From assembly GCF_009914755.1 (NCBI RefSeq), contig NC_060925.1: a stretch of DNA of 64,000 bases. One strand, 5' to 3'. Positions 28,345 through 39,210 of this stretch are shown here, one piece after another. The notes beneath the pieces are model-generated. The model was not told the origin of the DNA and did no database searches. It saw nothing but the letters and a program-made list of their open reading frames with translations. A program made the position numbers and the translations under genes. Each line of letters starts with the position of its first letter. The first letter of the stretch is position 1. This DNA is from the human T2T-CHM13v2.0 reference genome, Homo sapiens.

Positions 28345-28446
28345 ATCCTTTTGTAGTTCATAAGTGTGATGATTCAGTGTTCACATGAATCTATGAGATG
28401 CGCCAACCTCAAACCTTGTTATGACGTGGTCCATTACCCATCTGAT
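28345..28446 (+). pseudogene. U13 (SNORD13) box C/D snoRNA retrocopy
   Basis: ATCCTTTTGTAGTTCATAAGTGTGATGATT...AACCTTGTTATGACGTGG..CATTACCCATCTGA matches U13 over its full length. Followed by an A-rich tail, with a diverged TSD at 28328-28343 / 28485-28500. Confidence 0.92.
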
Positions 28447-29672
28447 GTGAAAATTTAAAATTTTTAAACAAAGAAGAGAGAAAAAAGGAACATTACTGCT
28501 AATAAAGTATGATACTTTCACTGATCATTTTGTTTTTAACTACTCTACCGTAAAATTTCAGTGCCTACAGGATTATGGAATCAATCACAATGAGAAGGGT
28601 AGAAACTCATTAAATCATTAGCAAATAAGGCTGGACAATCACAAAGAAAATACGTCATATTGTTTGGAGAGTGAATTTGTTTTCAGTAAGAAACTAGTTT
28701 GCCTGATTCCACACCACCCAATTGGAAATTTGATAATGTTATTCTAAAATTATTGTTTAAATAGAAGTGTTGTAAATTAAATGAAAAGTTTTCATTCAAT
28801 CTGTCATGAAGACATTTTTGTTATAACAAATTTGTCTACAATGGTGGAGTGTCAGGAGAAGTGCAATCCAAGTCAAGGAGACTTCAGTCACATTTTCCCC
28901 AATAAATTGGAAACAAAGGTAGTAAGACTGCTCTCTAAAAGTTAGACTTTAAGATCACATACATAGCTAGGAGCAGAAATAAGCAAAGTCACCTTTAAAA
29001 CACAAACTGGTTTGATTTAACTGTAACTTGATTTTTATTGAAATAATATTGCAAAGAGGTTTGGGTAGCCATGGAAACAGAGAAAGTAACGTACAGGGGG
29101 CACTTTAGGGTCAGTGGCCATCCAAGTGCTGCTAAGGAGACAAGGAGCACAAATCAGCAGCTCAGCAGGATGTCACCACTATATTGGAGATCAATGCGGG
29201 CAACTGCAGCCATTGGAAATTGAGAACTTCTATTTTCGGGACAAAATTCTCCTGTTGTGAAGATAGATGACTCAAGAAAAGTCTATACATATAACTCCAC
29301 TTGTTCAGAATATGTGCTCATCAAGCAACCTTCTGATAATGCCTTGGTTTCCTGAGTAGGTTTGGCTACACAGAAAATGCACTCAGCGGGGCCAGGCACA
29401 GTGGCTCACACCTGTAATCCCAGCACGTTGGGAGGCTGAGGCAGGCGAATCACATGCGGTCAGGAGTTTGAGACCAGCCTGGCCAACATGGCGAAACCCC
29501 ATCTCAACCAAAAATACAAAAATTAGCTGGGCGTGGTGGCGCCTTTGTGTAATCCCAACTACTCGGGAGGCTGAGGCAGGAGAACCGCTCGAACCTGGGA
29601 GGTGAAGGTTGCAGTAAGCTGAGATTACGCCACCTGGACAACAGAGTGAGACTCCATGGGGAAAAAAAAAAA

Positions 29673-29808
29673 GAAAGAAGGAAGGAAGGAAGGAAGAAAA
29701 GGCAGGCAGGCAAGGAAGGAAGGAAGGGAGGGAGGGAGGGGAGGGGAAGGGAGGGAGGGAGGGAGGGGAGGGGAGAAGGAGGGAGGGAGGGGAGGGGAGG
29801 GGAGGGAA
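29673..29808 (+). repeat. GGAA/GGCA/GGGA polypurine low-complexity repeat
   Basis: Read directly; derived from an Alu tail. Confidence 0.93.
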
Positions 29809-30009
29809 ATGAGAAAATGTACTCAAGAAAAGATAGCACCTTGGGTCCATGCTGGCATACCGGAGGCTTTCTGTTTCTGGCAAAAATTAAAAGAAAAAAA
29901 GAAAAAAAAAGTATTGGCTTTGCAGTTGTTGAGTGTTCAGGTGTATAAATTAAAGCTCTTAGAAATTAATAATTTAATACATGTCTTTTTTTTTTTTTTT
30001 TTTTTTTGA

Positions 30010-30307
<298 letters not shown>

Positions 30308-30370
30308 TCAGTCTTATGACCTTGGTTAATGTAATTTCATCTGATTGCTGAAGTTGTTCTCCATTGCTCA

Positions 30371-30619
<249 letters not shown>

Positions 30620-31871
30620 TCAGTGACCTGTGATTATGCCACTACACTCCAGCCTGGGCAGCAAAGTGAGACCCTGCCTCCAAAAAAACAAAGAAAGATG
30701 TTTCTGTGACCAGGACACTATAGACCAGATCCTAGAAGGTTGTAGAAATTCACTAAAGTAATGCTTCCTTGTCCTCTTGTGGATGATCAGTAGGCTTTCC
30801 CCTGGCAATGACCCTATATCAATAAAAAAACTTTTTCTTTTCTTCTTTTCTATTTTTTCGAGAAAGAGTCTCGCTGCAGCCTCAACCTCCTGTGCTCAAG
30901 TGATCCTTTTGCCTCCAGCCTCCCAAGTAGCTAGGACTATAAGCATGTGCCACTATGCCTAGCTAGCTTTTTTTCTTTTTAATTTTTTTGCAGAGGTAGG
31001 GTCTCACTATGTTGCCCAGATTGGTCTTGAACTCCTGGTCTCAAGCAATCCTTTTGCCTTGACCTACCAAAGTATTAGTATTACAGGCATGAGCCACCAA
31101 GCAAGTCCAGACTTTTCTACTTCAAATTAATATTAGTGGGGAGGGAGGTGTTCATAATTTACCTCTCTTTATTATTTCATTTATTCTAACATTGCTACAG
31201 TGACAATTCCATGGACATACACCAGCTACTGGCGGGGAAGATCGTTCAGACCAGAAGTGGTAAGAAATCCTTGAATTTTAAATATGTCATAGGTAGTTCA
31301 CAAAGAGGACAAAAGATACCATTTACTAAACATTCGCCATCTGTTCTGACATAATATTATCATCATTGTAGTCTCCCACTTCCAGATACACTCATCTGCC
31401 TATGTTACACTTGCCTAGTAAAAGCCAGCATGGGTGAATCTTACTATTCAACGGAGCTGAACACTGTGATGGAGAGATCATATAAATAAACTGAATGGCT
31501 TATCTCACATCCATAATTAGAAACTTAAAAAGTGCTCTCAGCAGCCCATGCTACTCTGTTCCTCACACTAGTTTTACTTTCACTCTCTGTGATAACTTTT
31601 CAATACACCAAGACTTCTCAGCTTGCCCCAAATTCACTGAGACATACTGGCGAACTGCTGGTTCAACCATTTACACATCCACCCACCAGACATAAGAGTG
31701 CTCATTTCACTGAGGCTTATTATCAACTTGTAAACGTGGTCAATTCAAGACTTCTTAGAAAGGTCTCAGGTCCAAGCTTTGTCCTGAAAAGATAATTCTG
31801 ATTGCAGAAACTCCCTCCGTCCAGCAGGAAGCGCCAGCACCCTCTGTCGGGGTTGGGCCGCCACGGAGGCT

Positions 31872-31879
31872 TCACGTGA
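31872..31879. promoter_or_regulatory. E-box TCACGTGA (USF/TFE3-TFEB/BHLHE40 type)
   Basis: 8-bp palindromic E-box about 100 bp upstream of exon 1. Confidence 0.65.
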
Positions 31880-31935
31880 TCCGGCCGTCTCTGCGCAGGA
31901 GTGTGGTCTTGCGGAGATTTGACCTACGTACTTAG

Positions 31936-31947
31936 CGTCATGACGTA
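31936..31947. promoter_or_regulatory. Back-to-back CRE half-sites CGTCA-TGACG(TA)
   Basis: CGTCATGACGTA in the proximal promoter. Confidence 0.55.
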
Positions 31948-31965
31948 GTACGTAGGGGCTGGCTA

Positions 31966-31977
31966 GCCGCCATCTTG
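31966..31977 (-). promoter_or_regulatory. YY1 site GCCGCCATCTTG (CAAGATGGCGGC)
   Basis: Exact 12-bp match to the extended YY1 consensus, in the TSS region. Confidence 0.85.
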
Positions 31978-32174
31978 CTTCTTTTTCTCGCTCGCTCGCT
32001 CCCCCTCGGAAAGCTGCGAAAGTGCTTTGGCGGTTTGTCCATCCGCAGCTTCGGCTTTTCCAGTCTGGTGGCCCTTCCGGCCACCCCTTTAACCCCAGCT
32101 TTCCCTCCCCCTTCTTTCGATCAGAGATCGGCGGAGACCCTCGAAGTGCGCAAACTTGACACTCACCCTGACCG
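31966..32174 (+). other. PRRC2C: PRRC2C non-coding exon 1 (5'UTR); start is approximate
   Basis: Lies in the only CpG island of the window, contains no ATG, and ends at a consensus donor CCG|GTAAGG (GT at 32175-32176). The exact TSS cannot be read from sequence. Confidence 0.85.
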
Positions 32175-33574
32175 GTAAGGAAAGCGAGGGTGTGGGGGCC
32201 GCGATCAAAGAGGGCCCCATCGGGAACGGCCAGAGTGCGGCCTGGGGCGTGGGAGCGCACCCAGACCCTGGCGCCCGGAGGCTAGGGGGCCGCGTGGAGA
32301 GGGCCTTGGGTCCGGGCATTTCCCTTCTGTTTGGTTACCATCATCTCTGTGTCTGGGGAAGTCGGCCTCCAGCTTGGGGAGCGGGAAACCGGAGTCAGAC
32401 CCGCCCCATGTGGTCTGCAGCGGGAGTTCTGGACCGGTCTGTCTTGCTCCCACCTAGACCCCAGTCCTGGCCCTGCGAGGGGATTACGCATGTTGCCGGG
32501 TAAGCGAAGGGGGTTTCCGTCTTCCTGGACTGGCGGACGTGAAGTCTTTTTTTTTTTTTTTTTTTTTTTAGTGTCGGGTATGCGTTTCCCCAAACAACTG
32601 AAGGACTCAGCCGGGGCTTTCATTGTCTACCTCTTCCTGTGTAGTGAGGGTGGGACTTGCAATGAGCAATGTATGGGAGGGTCTGGTTTAAAGACCTGGT
32701 TAGATGAGAGGCTCTTCGGGGAATCAAGACCAACCCTACTTCCGCTAGGGAAGTGCTGCCCAACTCCGGAGGAGGATTTGGGTAGTCTTTTCACACTCTA
32801 GGCCGCTCCATCCTCTAACTTGCGTGGTGAATCTCGGTAGCTCCCTGTCTTTGAGATAGCGTTGATATTGGTGGTGTCAGGGTAAAGGCCCCGTTTTAGG
32901 ACTGAAGAAAAGGGCATGGGGCCACTATAGAGACATTGATAGAGTCTTCCTTCCTTTGCATGAGAGGAGTACCTTTAATTTAAAGGGATGTATGTGTGTT
33001 TTGACATTATTTGGGATCTTTTGAGGGTCTGACATGCCTGATGTTTGCTGGCTTATAAAGCTACCTGGATTTCCGCATTGGCTGGTTTTCAGCCTGGGTT
33101 CATAGATTCATACCTCGTTAGAGTACTTAGAATTGTACAGTAGGCGGCTCTGCTGTAAGATTTTCATTTGGAATGCACCAGAAGAATCGGAGGATTTTTT
33201 GATTGTTGAGTACTTAATAGCTTACTCCTGCAAATAAAAATAATAGGGAGATACTAAGCACCTACCAAGCCTAACCCCACCATTTTTCAAAACTAGATTT
33301 CACCTCCCATATTGGTAATTAAGATGCTGCTTTGACTGGAGCCATTTTTAGGTGTGTGTCACAGATGCACTGCAGCATCTTTTCTGGCTCACCCCAAATG
33401 CATTGATCCCCTAAAAAATTAGGAATAAATTGAACTTGAATTTTGTCTTTAGCATGTAGTCAAATAGTAATTCTCTCCTTTTCTGTAAGTGGATTTTCAG
33501 AATATAGCCTTTTTAAGTGATTGTGTTTGCTCTGCTTAGCTTATGTGTGGCTGTTCTCCATTAGGTGACCTTTT

Positions 33575-33790
33575 GCTATACACTGAGCACAGTAATAAGT
33601 CCTTTTCATACATTTTTTTTTTAATCTCCACAACAGACCTTTGAGAAAAGTGCTATTAAGATCATCCCCATTTTACAGATGAGGAAATGAAATCTGAGAG
33701 AGTAGTCTGACCAAGGTCACATAGCAGTTATTGGTGGTATTGTGTAGGTTCAATTCCATACTGTCTGAACCCAAAGGGGATGCTCTAAAC
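33575..33790 (-). mobile_element. MIR element
   Basis: MIR core ATCCCCATTTTACAGATGAGGAAA.TGA...CCAAGGTCACATAGC. Confidence 0.75.
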
Positions 33791-36345
33791 CTTCAACCTG
33801 CTTTTTAAATTATAAACTACAGTAACTAAATAAGATAAAGCATTATTAACTAGTAGTTTTTCTTTAGCTTGACTAGTATATGAATATTGTTGCATGCTAA
33901 GGTTAAAGTTTTGAAAGTTGTAAAAATGGAATATATCCACTTTGGACTTGGGGTAGAGGCTAATTTTTTTGTGTCCTTTTCTATTTGAGTGCTTAGAGAT
34001 AACTTAAAACTAACTCTACCATGTCGTAGATATAATTTTTAAATTTAGGCGTCTGATCTATATTATTGGTAGAATATTCCCTCATCTGTAAAATGGTGAT
34101 GATAATAGGACTTCCCTCAGAGGCTTTTATAGGAGTAAAAAAAGATAATGGATAATGTATGTAAAGGGCTTATTACTATGCTTAGTGCATAGTAAAAGGT
34201 CAACTAATAGTGGAGGGAGAATGGTAGGATATTGGTAGAAGAAAATACTCTCTTCCAAGCAATAAATAATCTGTAAATTCTCAGGGTGATGTATATATTT
34301 CTTTAGGTACATAAGAAAATTTCACCTCCCCTTATCCCTGATATGTCTACTTATATGCAGGATTTTGCTTCTTAGCGATTTCTTTATGCTCTACAGTAAA
34401 TATCCCTGGGATGAGTATCTTGTTCATAGCTGAAAATGCAGAAGTTCTGGCTCATTCCAGCCCCCTCTCTTCTTCTTACCCCCACCCCACCCTCTTTAGT
34501 GATAAAATGTCTTTGAAGATTATATTATATCCCTGTCTGCCTCCAAGTGCCACCCCTAAACACTACTTCAGTTTGTTAGTTAGGTAACTTGTGTTTTGGA
34601 TGCTATTTATGTCATATTTGTAAATGACAAGAATTGATCATTGGTAAAATGTTACATAAGTTAGTACAGAATTGTATTCTTACAGTGAAGGACATACAAA
34701 AATTGTGTCTGAGTTATGACACACTTTCATTTCGGTAAATCGTGATTTTGTCACCTTATGAATAGGACAACACAATGAAAGCTTATCTCAGTCTATGTTA
34801 ATTGTTGCTTACAAGTCTGAGAGTTACTGTGTTAGTTTTATGAGTAATAACATTTTAAATTCCTCGCTAATCTCATCGATGCATGAGCCAGAACACCTTT
34901 GTGGATAAAAGCGTTCTATAGAGAGGGTAACTTTAGTAAATTTTCTATTTAAGAGACAGACCTAACTCTGTTGCCCTGGCTGGCCTCCAACTCCTGGGCT
35001 CAAGAGATTCTCCTGCCTCAGCCTCCCAGGTAGCTGGGACTAGAAGTGCCTACCATTGCTCCCAGCATTGCCAGTTACATTTCTAGTCCTTATTTTCCTC
35101 CAGATTATCAGAAAGCATGTTTTGGGGCCTGTGACTACATGTATTTGCTGGCAAATCCAGTCAAACAAGGACTGTTACTTAGTTTCAACCGGAAATTTTT
35201 ATCTGATTGGCAGACATGATTAACTAGACTCTTAGACTGTTAACTAAGAGTCTGAACACAAGATTGTAATGAAATTATTATGTGAATTATAGTCAGTGTG
35301 ATATACTCATCCCTGTGTGGTGCTGCTATGTGCTCAACATTAAGGGAAGATGGAATATCATTTGAGGAGCACGTCTAGTATTAAAAAAACTATTGGGTAT
35401 TATGTATGTAGCATACTACATAGCAATATGTACTACATACTATCTGGTAATTTTTCTGTTTTCTGTGTTCTAATACTAGTTTGTTTTCCTCTACTAGACT
35501 GTTTCCATGTCCTCATCACCTTGTATGGTGGTTGGCGTATACCTAGAGTTTATATGTTATTGAATGAATGAGGGTGAGAAACACAAAAGAATAGACCCAC
35601 AAGATTAACTGATAAGTATATTATTGGAGCAAAAGAAAATGCTGTCAGGTTTTTTTTCCTTTACCTCTAAGAATAGTATCACAGGTAACCTTCGAAGAGT
35701 TTGTGTTAAATAATATGCATTGTGAGATTTATTTACATCTGATTTTTAAAATTTTTAGCTTATTCAACAAAGATTGAAGATTCTTTTAATTTTGTAAGGC
35801 CCAGTGAATCAGAGCAATATGGCATTTGGTCCACTCCCAAGGTGTTCACAGCCTTAAGGATTAATGTTAAAAGTTATCTTGTAGTCTTTGGATTCATGCC
35901 AGAAGATAAAAAGGTGTATAAGAAGGTAAGGGAAATTTGGTACAGAAAATTACAGATAGTACAGATTGAGTTCCTAGTTGATTATAAGTGAAGCTGTGAT
36001 GTCTAAGAAAAATCAAGAATAATTGTGATTATTAATATTTCTTGAGCACTTACTATGCCATGTTACTAAACTAAGACTATTTTTTGAATGATCTATTTAA
36101 ATCCATATTGCAGAAAGCCTAAAAGGAAGAGATTTAAGTAATTTGCTCAAAGTTACTTAGCTTTTAAGTGGTAGAAATGGCATTTGAATTATTGATCCAG
36201 AGCCTGAGTGCCTAACTCAACTACATGGGTTTCCTAGTGGCCAGTATTTTCCAAACTTAAATCATTCACAATTTCTGCTTCGTCCCAAACCATCTGCCTG
36301 TTACTTAATATTTTTCTTCAATTCAACTTGCTGTCTTTTAATTAA

Positions 36346-36483
<138 letters not shown>

Positions 36484-36540
36484 TGAGTAGCTGGGATTAC
36501 AGGTGCCTGCCATCACGCCTGGCTAATTTTTGTATTTTTA

Positions 36541-36672
<132 letters not shown>

Positions 36673-38850
36673 TTATGATTATTTGGCATTAGCTTCCCCC
36701 CAACATGTTTTAAAATAAACATGATTTTACATAATTTTCTGTGGATCACTTAAAATCATCCAGTATACTACCAGTCTTTGTATTCCACCCTTTGGGACAT
36801 TACTGCTATAAGAAATGAATACTGGATAGGATCAGGCCACAGGTACAGTTAATGAAGGTCGAAAGCCTAGAATGGAATAGATTGATAAAATAGGAAATGG
36901 CAGCATTACAGGAATAGAGATATGAATTAGTCTTAACTACATACTTGAGACAACCACTTTCATGATAAACCGCAAAGGAGTAGGTTTATTTAGATAGAGA
37001 AATGTAATAGGATGTCTAGGACAGTCTATGGCAAGGGAAGAACAAGACAAAATAAGAAGGAAGTCACTATAGAAATCAGGGCAGAAGAGGATAATCTAAA
37101 AACAGGATTATTAGAGCTAAATGTAGCAGAGTTCAGAAAAATATGTGACAAGTAGTCTTTGGATTTGGCTGTGATATCCTTGGTGACCTTAAAATAATCT
37201 AGGTCAAGTTACAAAAGTGGAAGGTTAAAGGGGGAAGAGGGAAAATCTCTTGATTTTTAGATATATTGAATACTCAAAGTGGACTCTAGACTAATTGTTT
37301 TAAAACCTAGGTTTAGTCCTTTTTGTCACTTTGTGCCAGCTGTTAATTTTGGGGCAAGTTAACCTGGCTTAAGTTTTAAATATATTGATTTGTGATACAA
37401 GGATAATATCCATTTCCCCTATCTCAGAGGACTATTGCAAAGAGTACATTTATGTATTTCTATATATCTTCTGAATTTAATATTCTTTGATATTACACAA
37501 TATCAAGACATGAGTCTTGACCATATTTAAAGCAGAAAAGAGAACCACGAAAAGGGAAAATTAAAGATAAAGGGGAAGATACGTTCCCTATAAGGTTGGA
37601 AGATCCCTTCTGAATAAATCTTGAGTCTGAAGGATAAGAGATGGATACATGTATGTGGTTGGAGAATGGGTATCTAGATAAGTTAATAATTCATTTTTTC
37701 TTCCCTGTTTGCCAGTGAACAATCTGAAGGTACAGGGCTGCTATATATGGTTATGCAGCTTGTATACTGCCCAAAGATGCTGGACTGAAGGAAGCAACAA
37801 GTCAGCCTGTGTTCTGCTTACAGAGTCCTGTGCCCCAGCTTAGGCCTCGCAGAGGGAACTGTGCCTCCACTTCTCTCTCCAAGGCATCAGCTCCTTGCCA
37901 AAAGTGTCTGTATTTCCCCAGAAGGATGTATTTTTCCTAGTTACATAAAGGCCCTATGGAGAGCAATGGATGCTCTGAAAGACTCCTTAAGGAGACATAT
38001 TAAGGATACATTTAGAACAACATCAAAAACAATTGGGAAATTGGAGAAATGGTCACTAAGGAACAAAAAGCTTTGAACTTTTTGCTGAGATGGGTTAGGT
38101 GGTTGGGCAAGTACAGAATTCTCATTTATCCAGTGTACTTTAAAGATCTGTATTGTAGCTTATTAAATATTTTTATTAATCAAGAAACTATATTAAATAT
38201 CATAGTTTATCATATTTCAAAGAAGAGTGATAAGAGTAAAACAATACTTAACACAATTTAATCTTACCCAAAAACTTTGTAATTTTGGGGTTTAAATTAA
38301 AATTTAGATTTTTGGTCATGTGGCTGGTAGTTTTATATATAAGTAACTTTTTAATGTTAGGTTTTATAATTAAAGCTATATAAATTTTATAGCTCTTAAT
38401 TGAAGAAGCACAATAGGGAAGGTACACAGTTACTTCTGAAGGTTAGGAAAATGGAACAGTGGCATTTTATTTTGAAAACAGAGGACATTGAAAACAAAGG
38501 AGGCTTTAGACAGGTGAATTTTAAGTTTATATTTGGAAATTTGATTTGTGGTGTACAGTTCTTTAAGTTTTAGTACGTATGGATTTTTGTAGCCCCCACA
38601 ACTAGGATACAGAATGTAGAAAGATAAAACATCTCCCAACTGTAGAACTAGAGTCTTCTGGCATTTTGGAGACAGGGAAATTCTCTTGAAGAAATAACTA
38701 TTAAAGAGGGATGGAAAAAGCCAAGAATGGCCTACCCATGCTGAATGATTTGTTTTCTGATTAGAAAGAAAAAATATTTTGATTATACTGTTATATTTAT
38801 GACAAACTTGAACATAGAAAGAATGAAAGTAGGAGAAAGAAAAAGAAGGA

Positions 38851-39143
38851 GTTGGGTGTTGTGGCATGTGCCTGTGGTCTTAGCTACTTGGAAGGCTGAG
38901 GTGGAAGGATCTCTTGAGCCCAGGAGTTGTGGAGGGTAGCGCACTGTGTTCTACATATGGACTGAGTGTCTGCACTAAATTCAGCATCAATAGGGTGTCC
39001 TGGGAGTGGGGGACTAACAGGTTGCCTGAGGAGGGGTGAACTGGTCCAGGTTGGCAACAGAGCAGGTTAAAACTCCCATGCTGATCAGTAGTGGGATAGC
39101 CATTGCACTCCGGCCTGGACAACATTAAGGTGACCCTGTTTCT
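38851..39143 (+). pseudogene. 7SL (SRP RNA, RN7SL) pseudogene
   Basis: Alu-domain ends enclose the S-domain sequence (GCACTAAATTCAGCATCAATA...CAGGTTGCCTGAGGAGGGGTGAAC...GAGCAGGTTAAAACTCCCATGCTGATCAGTAGTGGGAT), which Alus lack. Confidence 0.93.
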
Positions 39144-39179
39144 TATTAAAAGCAAGAGGGTAGGGGAATTTTTTTAATT

Positions 39180-39210
<31 letters not shown>

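Larger units (their letters stand above)
31810..32870. promoter_or_regulatory. CpG island / PRRC2C promoter
   Basis: Sharp rise in GC content and CpG density in non-repetitive sequence, surrounding exon 1. Confidence 0.92.

Noticed and set aside
31766-32801. Overlapping 67-164 aa ORFs on both strands of the CpG island
   Set aside because: Expected from stop-codon depletion in GC-rich DNA. They cross the exon 1 donor and show no recognisable domain.
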